A stretch of 64,000 bases of DNA from Bacteroidota bacterium (GTDB taxonomy: Bacteria > Bacteroidota > Bacteroidia > Bacteroidales > Paludibacteraceae): positions 19,061 to 83,060 of the forward strand of contig JAJYBB010000014.1 in the NCBI GenBank assembly GCA_021779195.1. The letters are read 5' to 3'. Both the position numbers and the translations under genes were made by a program. The number at the start of each line of letters is the position of its first letter. The first letter of the stretch is position 1. This document shows, one piece after another, positions 22,178 through 31,529 of the stretch. The notes under the pieces were generated by a model. It made no database searches. It was not told the origin of the DNA and worked only from the letters and a program-made list of their open reading frames with translations.

Positions 22178-22627
22178 CTAAAATGTGATCTCTACCAAAA
22201 TTTCACGTACTTTATTCGATGAATCAAATAATTGGACTAATTTATTCTCGTCGAGTTTATTTATTCGAAGTCTCATTTCGCTGCTCAATTCTTTAATAAT
22301 CATATCAAAATTTTCTTTCCCTTTTAGACTTAATTTGATGTTGACAATTCGACGGTCGTTTGGATCGGAAATGCGTTCGACTAAGTTTTCTACTACTAAT
22401 TTGTCAATATGAGCCGTTACATGCGGTTTGGGCATGCCCAGTTTGCAGCCAATTTCTGACATGGAAAGTAAAGGGTAACGACTTAATAACCCGAGTACAT
22501 ATAACGATCCAGGATTCAAATTGGTTTTAGCCCGAATTGTTCGGGTTAATCCCTTTGATAATAGCGGATGTATATATATCAGATTTTCAATAATTTTATC
22601 CACGGTTTTCGTTGTGTTTTCATTCAT
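22178..22627 (-). CDS. MarR family transcriptional regulator
   Basis: Winged-HTH pattern (MSEIGCKLGMPKPHVTAHIDKLVVENLVERISDPNDRR). The ORF-track start at 22645 is TTG; the ATG at 22625-22627 sits a sensible distance from the -7 motif. Confidence 0.85.
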   Translation of the reverse strand: MNENTTKTVDKIIENLIYIHPLLSKGLTRTIRAKTNLNPGSLYVLGLLSRYPLLSMSEIGCKLGMPKPHVTAHIDKLVVENLVERISDPNDRRIVNIKLSLKGKENFDMIIKELSSEMRLRINKLDENKLVQLFDSSNKVREILVEITF

Positions 22628-22653
22628 ATTGTTTGGTTTTTTCAAAATGGTTA

Positions 22654-22661
22654 CAAAAGTA
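22654..22661 (-). promoter_or_regulatory. candidate -7 element (TACTTTTG on the minus strand) for the marR-efflux operon
   Basis: CAAAAGTA on the plus strand, 27 nt upstream of the ATG at 22627. Confidence 0.4.
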
Positions 22662-23282
22662 TAACTATTAAATGAATTGAACCATTCTATTTATGGAAAT
22701 TTATAATTAAACAACAATTATTTAAAATGAATGTTCTTCGAGATGAGTAAATATTGATTTTTAACACAGTAGTGAAAGTTTTAAAGCATATTTTGCTTTG
22801 TATTTTTTCCTTTTTAAGTCGGAATATTTTTATTGAAGATGGCAACTGATTTGAGATTATTGCTTTGTATTGCAGATTTTCGTTTCAGGAAATATATGAG
22901 AATTGTTTCAGGTAGTTTTAAGAAAGAAAAGTGATTCAGAAAGCCAACATTTAAAATCCTGTTTTTTGCCATAATTTTTTGCTTCGACATTTCCGGTATT
23001 TTTCTAAATTGCTTCAATTTCAAATTGGTCAAATTTTATGTATCAAAATTATGCGAGTTTCAATGCAATTTATCTTGTCGTTTAATTTTTAGGTTTTGAG
23101 ATAGATTGTTCAATTTTTGATTTAGCTCCAGCTTTTAAATGCGTGAATGGATTGCGCATTTAATTTTTCCTAAAAACGTTGACATGTCTTTTATAAGAAT
23201 CCTTTCGTAGTATATCAAGAAAAGTTCATCAGATTATACATTTCCTTATATATCAGACTCCTTGATCCGTCAATAATCGATA

Positions 23283-26200
23283 TTAAAAGATTTCCACGGC
23301 ACTTACTCCATTCGTTTTTTTGATTACCTGAATCTGAACCTGAATACGCTCCTTTAAACTATCGACATGCGATATAATTCCAATCATTTTACCTTGTGTC
23401 TTCAGTGTTTCGAGTGTTGAAATAACCGTTTCAAGCGTGCTGCTGTCCAACGTTCCAAAACCTTCGTCGATAAATAGCGAACCGATACTGACATTGTAGC
23501 TTGCCAGATCTGATAACCCGAGCGCTAAAGCCAGACTTATCAAAAACTTTTCGCCACCGCTTGAAGTGTCCACTAACCGTATTTCATCCGCCTGATAATG
23601 ATCTACTAAGTTGAAATTCAGTTCTTCTCCTGCTTTATATTGCGGATTTAGCTGTAAAGAATAACGTCTGTTCAGCTTGTACAAATGCAGGTTGGCTAAG
23701 TCAATCAGATTTTTGAGCGTAAGGCGTTGCACATAGGTATTAAATGCATCCTGCGAACCGCCAAGTACTGTCATTAAATCAATCCATTTACGGCAAACCA
23801 GCTCTTGTTGTGTTATTTCGTTAATTACCTGAGTATTACGACTCCTGATCTGGTTGTCCTTTCGGAAACTTTCTGAAATTTCACCCTCTCTTTTTTGGAG
23901 TTTTTCTTTTTGGTCATTGATTTCAGTCTGTTTATCGAGTGCCATTGTCAATGTTTCATCCGGTTTTATTTCTTTTTCGAGGTAATCTAATTCAGTAGCA
24001 ACTTTTTTCGCAAAGGTTGAAATCGTTATTTTTCTATCATCTATTGACTTTCGAATTTGTAGATATTGCGCTTTTAAATCATCGCCAAGCAATGCTTTTT
24101 CCACTGCTTCGCGATTGGCAAACCTGCCTTGATTCATTTTTTCAGCTAACCCTGTCATTAAATCGTTTAGTTTGGCTCTATTATCCAACTGTTCCTTATT
24201 TATACTTGTTTTTTCTGCTACAAGTGCAGTTTGAAGATTTTTAAAACCAGTTAGTTGCATGGTCGCCTTTTCCATTGCACTTTTTACAATGTCAATTTCT
24301 TCTTTCAATTCTGTCCGCTTTTGTTCCGTATTCATTTCCGAAGGCAGAATAGAATTTCGGTTATCTTTTATCGAATTAAGTTCTTTGTTTAAATTTTCAA
24401 TTCTATCTTCTATCGTGCTGACTTCATTTAATTTTGCTGCTGTTTGATCGTTTAGATGTTTTATTTCAATGTTGCATTGCTTCTCATTGTTTTTTGTTTC
24501 TGTTTGTTCTTTCTCATTGTCATTGTAATCTTTTACACTCTTTTCAAGCTGCATAATAAAATTTGTTGTGTTCTCAGGCTTGGGCAATGTCAGGTTACAA
24601 TCGGCAAACTGACTAACCAATTCTCTTTCCAACGCTGCATTCCTGCGCTTTAATAATTCACATTCCTTTCCAGCCTCCGCAATTGATTTCTCAATACCCG
24701 TATTTGTCGTAACGAACTGTGTCAATTGAAGTTCAAATGCTTTTATTTTCTCTTCAATCGCTTTTAGCTCCGTCTGTTTTTCGTTTTTAAGTTTTTGTTT
24801 TTCCTGTGATGCTGAAATCTTCCCGGCAAGAATTGCCATTTCGCTTTCAGTTTTTTTTAATACTAATTCTATCACCGGTTTATCGTCAATTCTATATTTC
24901 GAATTGGCATTTGAAAATTTTTTATTCAGTTCGTTCAGATCTGCTTCGTTTTTACAGGTTTGCGTCAATACCTGCTGCAACTCAGCACTGATACGGGCTT
25001 GTTGCAACTCTGCGGTGTTCTGAATTTTTTTGAGTTTTTCTAACGCCTCCCTGCGTTCGTTCAATCTTTTTTTGCTATCGAAGATGGTTATTTCAGTATA
25101 ATGTTCAACCAACGGGTGCGTCGAAGAACCACATAAAGGACAAGGTTCTCCCTGTTTTAGTCTTTTTCGTTCCGATTCAAGGCTCACAATATATTGATCT
25201 CTTTCATACAACTCTTCAGCGTCTTTTTCCGATAGTATGGCTCTTTCCATTTCAGCGACCAGTTCTTGAATTTTCTCCGAAAGTTCCTTCTGTTTTTGAT
25301 CTAAATCCGTTTTCCTATCTGTAAGTATCTGTTTATCAACTAAAAATTTATTATAATTTATCGACCATTGAATTAAATCCCGCAACTGTTCTTTTATATT
25401 GGTAAGCGTGTAGTTCTGATTTACCAATTGCTCAATACCGCCGGCATCCAACGACTTTTGTAAAGTTTCTATCTCACCGGCAAGAGTTTCAAGACTCACT
25501 CTTTCTTCAATATATTTTTTTCTAATTACTTCTATCGAAGCTTCATTGGCTGCAAAATCTGCCCTGCCTTTAACGATGGTTTTACTCCATTCGGCTATTC
25601 TTTCCCAACTTCCCTTTCGTTGCGTAAGCTGAGCATTCCAGCTGTTCAGCTGTTTTTCGATGGACGGAATGGTTTTGTTTTGTTCAAAATATCTATTCAG
25701 CTCTTCAAGAATGACTCCGAACGATTTCAATTTCTTCTTCTTCTCTTCGACAGATTGCATTAATCCGCTTTTGGCTTCCAATAGTGCAGTAATAGCTTTC
25801 TCATTTTCAGAGATATTTGTTTTATGCGAATGAATAGTAGTATCCAACGCAATAACCTCTTCCAGTTTTAGGTGCCATTCAGCGCTTTTTTTTTCAGCTT
25901 CGAGCATTTTTATTTTACCATCCGCTTCGGAATCTGAGGCTGCTTTTACCTTTTCTTCAATAGTACTTAGTTCTGAATCAATATCTTGTATGCGACGATT
26001 TTTTTTCTCGATGTCCTGTTCAAGCCATCTGATTTCGGTCAATAATGCCTTAAATGGCTCAGCAGCTTCATGTATCTCCAACTGTTGAAAAACAATAGAA
26101 TTTTGCTCTATATCAAGTTCAAGTTGTAATTTATCAACTTCCGTATTTTGTCTTTGTTGTTTTAACTTCTCTATTTGCTCGAATAACTTGATCAGTCCTT

Positions 26201-26942
26201 CAACTTTTTTTAAATCCGTATTAAAGGTTTTCAGTCGATCATTTAATTGTTCTTCTTCTTGTTTTAACCGATCTATGGTTTCGTCGCTGAGCAAATCATC
26301 CGTATTTATTTTACTTTTAATGTGTTCTAATCGTTTTTTCTCTTCTGAAATCCGGTTTTTCAACGTTTCTCCAATTTTTCGGTAGATTTCGTCACCTGCA
26401 ATTTGCTGCAACAATAACCCTTTTTCGGTATTTTTAGCTGATAGAAAAGCAGCAAATTCACCTTGCGCCAGCATAACAGAACGCAGAAACTGATCATAAT
26501 TTAATTGCGTGATTTCTACTATTTTTTCATCGCAGGCCGTTTTTGTTTCTGCTACAATCGTTCCTGAAGTTAAATTCTTTAACCGCAATGTTTCTACCGG
26601 CTTGCTAAGTTTTCTACCATTATTACTTGCCAACCGGATATCCCATTGCGCTTCATAGCGTTGATTTTGTGCCACGAAGGTAACCCTGACCATGGCCGTA
26701 TAGCTGCCATAGCTAACCACATCTTCCAAACCGCCTTTACTTCCAGCTTTTTCAAATCGCGGGACACGACGGTAAAGCGCTATCGTAATAGCGTCGAGCA
26801 AAGTGGTTTTGCCGGCTCCGGTAGGTCCGGTGATGGCAAACAAACCTATTTCTTCAAAGCGCGGATGTTCAAAATCAATTACGATAGGTGCATCGCATTT
26901 AAGCGAGTTGATATTTTGGAGTTCTATTTTCAGTATTTTCAT
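23283..26942 (-). CDS. sbcC: exonuclease SbcC (SMC-like ATPase)
   Basis: Walker A GPTGAGKTT, a very long coiled coil with a central zinc hook (GEPCPLCGSSTHP), and signature/Walker B SGGEKFLISLALALGLS...LFIDEGFGTLD. Start moved from a TTG to the ATG at 26940-26942 (MKILKIELQNINSL). Confidence 0.9.
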   Translation of the reverse strand: MKILKIELQNINSLKCDAPIVIDFEHPRFEEIGLFAITGPTGAGKTTLLDAITIALYRRVPRFEKAGSKGGLEDVVSYGSYTAMVRVTFVAQNQRYEAQWDIRLASNNGRKLSKPVETLRLKNLTSGTIVAETKTACDEKIVEITQLNYDQFLRSVMLAQGEFAAFLSAKNTEKGLLLQQIAGDEIYRKIGETLKNRISEEKKRLEHIKSKINTDDLLSDETIDRLKQEEEQLNDRLKTFNTDLKKVEGLIKLFEQIEKLKQQRQNTEVDKLQLELDIEQNSIVFQQLEIHEAAEPFKALLTEIRWLEQDIEKKNRRIQDIDSELSTIEEKVKAASDSEADGKIKMLEAEKKSAEWHLKLEEVIALDTTIHSHKTNISENEKAITALLEAKSGLMQSVEEKKKKLKSFGVILEELNRYFEQNKTIPSIEKQLNSWNAQLTQRKGSWERIAEWSKTIVKGRADFAANEASIEVIRKKYIEERVSLETLAGEIETLQKSLDAGGIEQLVNQNYTLTNIKEQLRDLIQWSINYNKFLVDKQILTDRKTDLDQKQKELSEKIQELVAEMERAILSEKDAEELYERDQYIVSLESERKRLKQGEPCPLCGSSTHPLVEHYTEITIFDSKKRLNERREALEKLKKIQNTAELQQARISAELQQVLTQTCKNEADLNELNKKFSNANSKYRIDDKPVIELVLKKTESEMAILAGKISASQEKQKLKNEKQTELKAIEEKIKAFELQLTQFVTTNTGIEKSIAEAGKECELLKRRNAALERELVSQFADCNLTLPKPENTTNFIMQLEKSVKDYNDNEKEQTETKNNEKQCNIEIKHLNDQTAAKLNEVSTIEDRIENLNKELNSIKDNRNSILPSEMNTEQKRTELKEEIDIVKSAMEKATMQLTGFKNLQTALVAEKTSINKEQLDNRAKLNDLMTGLAEKMNQGRFANREAVEKALLGDDLKAQYLQIRKSIDDRKITISTFAKKVATELDYLEKEIKPDETLTMALDKQTEINDQKEKLQKREGEISESFRKDNQIRSRNTQVINEITQQELVCRKWIDLMTVLGGSQDAFNTYVQRLTLKNLIDLANLHLYKLNRRYSLQLNPQYKAGEELNFNLVDHYQADEIRLVDTSSGGEKFLISLALALGLSDLASYNVSIGSLFIDEGFGTLDSSTLETVISTLETLKTQGKMIGIISHVDSLKERIQVQIQVIKKTNGVSAVEIF

Positions 26943-26947
26943 AGTCG

Positions 26948-28153
26948 TCAATCATTGTCAGTTACGATTTGTAGAATCTCATTAAATGCATCGAGCATTT
27001 CAGGTTTTTTTTCCAAATCAACACTCATTTCTTCGCATTTCAATCTGAAAACATCAACCGGCTTAAAGGTTTTTATATGTTGCGCATTGTCCACTAAGCT
27101 TTTCAGTTTTTCATAGTTACGTTCATCGTTTAATGTAATTTTTAACACTTCGGGTTTGAGTTTCGTGGCAAAGTCGTTGATTTCTTTATAGCCTGTTGCC
27201 GCTTCGTTGCCGTTGTTTAATATTACTTCCACCCAGGGTGTCAATGGATTATTGTCGTTGTCGAGTGTCAGCAATTGTGCTTTACAACTTTCGACAGAAC
27301 CTTCAATCTGAACTATTTTGCGAAATGCAGGCACCGGTATTTCGTTAATTTGGATTGATTCTCCCGTTTTAATTTCCACCACTTTTTTATCCTGATTCGC
27401 TTCGCTGAAACTCAGAACATAAGGAGAACCTGAATAACGGATATGGGAAGTATTTCCCACCGGTTGTGCCCGGTGTAAATGACCGAGTGCCACATAATCA
27501 AAACCGGCAGGAAAATCGGATGCGCCTATATCGCCCAGATTACCGACATAGATACTTTGCTCACTTTCAGATGTTTTCCCTCCAATGGCAAATAAGTGTC
27601 CCATCGCTATTACCGGTTCATTATCTGTTTTCACCGACTCACAGTATGCTGCTATTTCTGCAAAATGACGGATAAGGGCTGTTTTATAGCGGTTATTCAT
27701 TTCTTCTGCCGATTCGGCAGCAATAGCGCGACGAATATCCTGATCGCGTAAATAAGGAATGGCTGCCACAATGACCGCTTCACCATTAACTAATATCCTA
27801 AACACTTCATTAGCCAGATTATCTGTGGCTTTTCCGACTACTCTGACTGAAAAGGCATTCAATAATTCTTTGGGGGCATTCAGCGTGCTTGGTGCATCGT
27901 GGTTGCCTCCTGTAATGAACACTTCCCGGCAAGTGCTATTGTAAAGCCGTAGCAGAAAATTATAATAGAGCTTTTGTGCTTGAGCCGATGGTACGCCCAC
28001 ATCGAATATGTCGCCCGAAACCAATACGATATCTATATGGTTTGTCGCAATATAATCTGTCAACCAGTCAAGAAATAACGCTTGTTCCTCTTGCTGAGAT
28101 TGCTCAAAAAACCGATGCCCCAAATGCCAATCGGACGTATGTAGTATTTTCAT
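26948..28153 (-). CDS. sbcD: exonuclease SbcD (Mre11-type nuclease)
   Basis: MKILHTSDWHLGH, GDIFD, GNHD and GHLH phosphoesterase motifs. The ORF-track N-terminal extension to 28255 lies upstream of the promoter motif and is not family-like. Confidence 0.9.
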   Translation of the reverse strand: MKILHTSDWHLGHRFFEQSQQEEQALFLDWLTDYIATNHIDIVLVSGDIFDVGVPSAQAQKLYYNFLLRLYNSTCREVFITGGNHDAPSTLNAPKELLNAFSVRVVGKATDNLANEVFRILVNGEAVIVAAIPYLRDQDIRRAIAAESAEEMNNRYKTALIRHFAEIAAYCESVKTDNEPVIAMGHLFAIGGKTSESEQSIYVGNLGDIGASDFPAGFDYVALGHLHRAQPVGNTSHIRYSGSPYVLSFSEANQDKKVVEIKTGESIQINEIPVPAFRKIVQIEGSVESCKAQLLTLDNDNNPLTPWVEVILNNGNEAATGYKEINDFATKLKPEVLKITLNDERNYEKLKSLVDNAQHIKTFKPVDVFRLKCEEMSVDLEKKPEMLDAFNEILQIVTDND

Positions 28154-28223
28154 ATTTTGCTGAGATCCAAAATTTTTATTGTCTATGTAGTATCTTTTTT
28201 GAAAAATAAAGATATTCGGACAA

Positions 28224-28231
28224 CAAAGATA
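28224..28231 (-). promoter_or_regulatory. candidate -7 element (TATCTTTG on the minus strand) for sbcDC
   Basis: CAAAGATA on the plus strand, 70 nt upstream of the ATG at 28153. A second match (CAAAAATA) lies at 28253-28260. Confidence 0.4.
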
Positions 28232-28683
28232 ATCACAAACCTTAAGCAGTGACAAAAATAAAAATTTATTTTTGAAAGATCAGAATTCATCACGAAAATG
28301 TTAAATACCGTCGTGTGTCAGATTGATATTTTTTAATCTTTTCGTTATGACTGATGATTCAACTTCATTGCATTTTATAAAAATGATTCGAAATCTATCA
28401 AATTTATAAACTTGAAGTTACAAATTGTTGCATTGAACGGTTTAAAAAAGCATCGAATCCTGAAAATTATTATGAATGATATTTATTTCTAAAGTATCAT
28501 TGATATTGGTTGCTATAATTCAGATTATCAGCTAAAATCTTAGAATTCAAGTTGTACTTTGGCAATTTAATTTCCCGATTTTATTGCAAGCATTGAATTA
28601 AAATTTACGCCAAATTTTTTCTGTCATAATGTCAATGGCAAGAATTTTGATGATGAATAGGAAATCAATTAAATTTTAAACGT

Positions 28684-29367
28684 ATGTTATTCGGATATTT
28701 TATTTTTGGAGTATTTGCGTTGATCAGTTGGATGATTCAAAACAATTTGAAATCAAAGTTTCAGCGTTATTCCAAGATTCCTATTCCACGCGGAATGACC
28801 GGTAAGGATGTAGCTGAAAAAATGTTACGAGACAATGGAATTTTCGATGTTCAGGTTATATCAACCAATGGGCATTTGACCGATCATTACAATCCGGCAA
28901 TCAAGACCGTAAATCTAAGCGAGAACGTTTATGGATCAAGTTCTGTTGCTGCTGCAGCTATTGCAGCTCATGAATGTGGGCATGCTTTGCAACATGCAGA
29001 TGCTTATGCTCCTCTTACACTACGATCGAAATTAGTCCCGGTGGTTAGTTTTGCTTCTAATTGGGTACAGTGGATTTTGTTAGGTGGGATCATTTTAATT
29101 CATTCATTTCCACAATTATTATTAGCAGGTATCATTTTGTTTGCAGCGACTACCCTTTTCAGTTTTATTACGCTTCCTGTCGAAATCAATGCCAGTTCAC
29201 GTGCATTAGTTTGGCTTAATACGTCGGGTATTACCACTTATGAAACACATGAGCAAGCCAAAGATGCCCTAAAAACCGCTGCATATACCTATGTGGTAGC
29301 AGCCATTGGTTCGTTAGCTACGTTGATTTACTATATTTTAATTTTCATGGGTGGTAGTCGACGATAA
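28684..29367 (+). CDS. YugP-like putative neutral zinc metallopeptidase (membrane)
   Basis: 227 aa with the HECGHALQH zinc motif and flanking TM helices, the typical Zn_peptidase_2 layout. Confidence 0.85.
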   Translation: MLFGYFIFGVFALISWMIQNNLKSKFQRYSKIPIPRGMTGKDVAEKMLRDNGIFDVQVISTNGHLTDHYNPAIKTVNLSENVYGSSSVAAAAIAAHECGHALQHADAYAPLTLRSKLVPVVSFASNWVQWILLGGIILIHSFPQLLLAGIILFAATTLFSFITLPVEINASSRALVWLNTSGITTYETHEQAKDALKTAAYTYVVAAIGSLATLIYYILIFMGGSRR

Positions 29368-29421
29368 ATTGCAAACTCGGAATGATCTAACGTAACATCA
29401 TTCGCATGCTTTACGTATAAA

Positions 29422-29450
29422 ACTGAGAGGTGATCTATCTCTCAGTTTTT
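29422..29450 (+). terminator. rho-independent terminator after the metallopeptidase gene
   Basis: ACTGAGAG / CTCTCAGT stem followed by TTTT. Confidence 0.6.
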
Positions 29451-29526
29451 GTTTAAATGGAGTTAGGAAGCAGAAATCCCTTTTCAGGATTCAAATTATT
29501 TATTACCTTTGCAACTCTAAAAATAA

Positions 29527-29600
29527 GGCTCCGTAGTTCAGTTGTATAGAACGTCAGATTCCGGTTCTGAAGGTCAAGGGTTAGAATCCCTTCGGGGTCA
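29527..29600 (+). tRNA. tRNA-Arg (anticodon CCG), 74 nt, no encoded CCA
   Basis: Hand-folded cloverleaf: acceptor GGCTCCG/CGGGGTC (two G-U pairs), D stem GTTC/GAAC, anticodon stem TCAGA/TCTGA, loop TTCCGGT, variable AGGTC, T stem AAGGG/CCCTT. The D and T loops are atypical (see findings). Confidence 0.85.
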
Positions 29601-29617
29601 CGAAATGATTGAAGTAA

Positions 29618-29649
29618 AGATGCCCAGATCTTATCGGGCATCTTTTTTT
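29618..29649 (+). terminator. rho-independent terminator after the tRNA
   Basis: AGATGCCC / GGGCATCT stem followed by TTTTTTT. Confidence 0.7.
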
Positions 29650-29755
29650 GTGAGTTTGATTTTTTTCCAGATCGTATGAAGTAATGATATCGCCATTTAT
29701 TTGCTGTTACTCCCTCAGCAAAATTTTATATATTTTAATAATCTACATCCCTGTT

Positions 29756-30946
29756 TTACCAGTCCAACAACTTCCTGTCTCCTTTAATGCGTTGAATTCC
29801 TGAAATTTCCTGCGAGACTTCCAATGTTCCTTTATATTCCTTATTCTCATTACGAACAGCAAAGTACTGAATCAGGATAAATTTTGGTCCCATGTGAAAC
29901 CAAAATGAAGCAACGTCCTTTTCGCCGATTTTAAATGAATTCAAAATTTTTTCTACCACATGAACGCTTTCAGGTGGATGGCAAAACTGAACTTTTCTTC
30001 CAATAATTGCAGGTGTGCGTGGGAAAATACGGTGTGGCGGATTAGAGAAAAACCTGACTGTATCATTCTCGTCTACAAAGGTAATATCGACGGGTAAATG
30101 ATTAAAAATCAGATTGAATTGTACAGCACTCAACGTACCTGTTGGAAAATATATTTTTTCTTCGTTACTGAAAATGATTTTTTTATTTTTTAATTCAGGA
30201 GGTTTTAATTGAGCAAACGGAAGTCCTATTTCAATGGTTTGCAGCAACATATCATTTAACTGTTCGTCCGTAGAAGTTTCGAGTAACATCGAAAATATTA
30301 TTTTTTCTTCCCTGAGAATAATCGTATTCACATTGAAAAATACCAATCCGCAAACTGAATTGAACTCTTTTAAATCAATTTCGTTTTTTGATAACAATTC
30401 GGTTAGTTTCCGTACGTTACGTCGAATATCATCATGAAAGGACCACATGATTTTTACGCATTGATGATGTTCCCATTTTGATTCAAGAAGTGGAAAAACC
30501 ACATTTTCTATTACTGTATAATGCAAAAAGAACTGCTCGAATTCATTTAATTTCGTTTTCAAAGCACTTACATGAATTTCATCAATCTGTTTATTAAGGG
30601 CTTTGATGTGTTCACGTATTTCTTTCAATTTCAAAAGGGCAACGTCATTGTCTTTTGTATAAAGATCTAAAACTGAGTTCGGTTTTGGCTTTAATGCGGG
30701 ATATTCGAGAAGGATTTGATATAGTATATTTATTAGTTTATTAGATACAACCTTTAAATCTTCAATGGGAATTTTTTTATCTATCAGAATATCAAAAGCC
30801 ATTACAATATCGTGCGGAATAAATTTGCTGGTTTTAATTGCGTGTTTTTCGATTAATTGAAGTCCGTTTTCACCTTGCAGTAAACCAAGCATGTAATTGG
30901 CAAGTTCTTCAGCTCTTAATTTAGATGTATTTGTAAATTCTGACAT
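29756..30946 (-). CDS. DUF438 protein (hemerythrin-like N-terminal half + PAS-like C-terminal domain), paralogue 2
   Basis: The C-terminus LPVDITFVDENDTVRFF...FCHPPESVHVVEKIL...GTLEVSQEI is about half identical to the 31530-32759 product. Start moved from the TTG at 30976 to the ATG at 30946 (MSEFTNTS..., parallel to the paralogue's MSELINNS...). Confidence 0.82.
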   Translation of the reverse strand: MSEFTNTSKLRAEELANYMLGLLQGENGLQLIEKHAIKTSKFIPHDIVMAFDILIDKKIPIEDLKVVSNKLINILYQILLEYPALKPKPNSVLDLYTKDNDVALLKLKEIREHIKALNKQIDEIHVSALKTKLNEFEQFFLHYTVIENVVFPLLESKWEHHQCVKIMWSFHDDIRRNVRKLTELLSKNEIDLKEFNSVCGLVFFNVNTIILREEKIIFSMLLETSTDEQLNDMLLQTIEIGLPFAQLKPPELKNKKIIFSNEEKIYFPTGTLSAVQFNLIFNHLPVDITFVDENDTVRFFSNPPHRIFPRTPAIIGRKVQFCHPPESVHVVEKILNSFKIGEKDVASFWFHMGPKFILIQYFAVRNENKEYKGTLEVSQEISGIQRIKGDRKLLDW

Positions 30947-30972
30947 AGCAATACTCTCCAGTTTTAAATCGA

Positions 30973-31506
30973 TCAAATAGATTTATTCTTAACAAAGAAA
31001 ATAAAAAACAACTCATCATTTTCTTTTTTAATCCAATGAATGAAGCCAAAGCTGGATGCTTTTTCGATTAATGGAACAGGAAGAAATGGAGCGATAAGTT
31101 GATAAATTTCATCCTCTTTTTGCTTTTTCAGGTCTTCCATAACCTGAGCTACGGGATGTTCACCGTTTGCGAGCATTTCTCTTACATCAAATTGTGCAGT
31201 TACTTTATTTGTATCAAACCACGTTGGTGATTGGTAATTATATTGATGTTCTTCCGAATTAATTTCTTCAGCAGTTTGTCCAATCTCCTGGCGTAACTGA
31301 TTTACGAGTAAGCCAACATTCACATTCCCAATCAAAGCAGCTTGTTGCAAGGTTGCCACTTTTCCAACTGTTCGGCGCAACACCGGATTTTTTAGTTTCT
31401 CGAATGTTGGCACATAAGCTATAAGTATATCTTCCAACTCTGGATATGCCTCGATAATGTCAAAAACTTTGGTCTTGGGTGTTATAATCAGTTCTTCTTT
31501 TTTCAT
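30973..31506 (-). CDS. DUF1858 (HCP-associated redox-disulfide-like) + DUF2249-like domain protein
   Basis: 177 aa. The N-terminus ITPKTKVFDIIEAYPELEDILIAY...TVGKVATLQQAA is typical of DUF1858. The C-terminal half (FDVREMLANGEHPVAQVMEDL) is DUF2249/TusA-like. Confidence 0.75.
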   Translation of the reverse strand: MKKEELIITPKTKVFDIIEAYPELEDILIAYVPTFEKLKNPVLRRTVGKVATLQQAALIGNVNVGLLVNQLRQEIGQTAEEINSEEHQYNYQSPTWFDTNKVTAQFDVREMLANGEHPVAQVMEDLKKQKEDEIYQLIAPFLPVPLIEKASSFGFIHWIKKENDELFFIFFVKNKSI

Positions 31507-31529
31507 TTTAGTGTATTTGTAAGTTTGTT

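Noticed and set aside
18065-22627. MarR-HlyD-MFS-TolC operon as something unusual
   Set aside because: It is a textbook EmrAB-TolC-type tripartite efflux arrangement with its own repressor. Nothing atypical shows in spacing or domains.
22814-23032. 72-aa ORF in the marR-sbcC gap
   Set aside because: Its composition mirrors AT-rich spacer and no family resemblance is visible. It is kept only as part of a low-interest finding.
23283-28153. SbcC-like ATPase plus nuclease as a possible SMC-type anti-phage or anti-plasmid system (Wadjet/Lamassu-like)
   Set aside because: The architecture is the canonical two-gene sbcD-sbcC pair (Mre11-type phosphoesterase motifs, Rad50-type zinc hook CPLC). There are no kleisin, JetA/B/D-like or LmuA-like partners nearby.
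28154-28255. N-terminal extensions proposed by the ORF track (sbcD 28154-28255; also 26943-26951 sbcC, 30947-30976 DUF438, 22628-22645 marR, 58484-58522 AKR, 62075-62179 thioesterase, 7017-7049 DUF4105, 12205-12249 PagL-like, 13606-13629 ComEA-like)
   Set aside because: Five of the nine begin at TTG (sbcC, DUF438, marR, AKR, ComEA-like). The extensions add residues absent from the family N-terminus. Several lie upstream of, or on top of, the TAnnTTTG element. Downstream ATGs restore canonical N-termini or signal peptides.
29453-29641. 62-aa minus-strand ORF
   Set aside because: It lies entirely over the tRNA-Arg gene and its terminator hairpin, so the ORF is an artefact of the structured RNA sequence.
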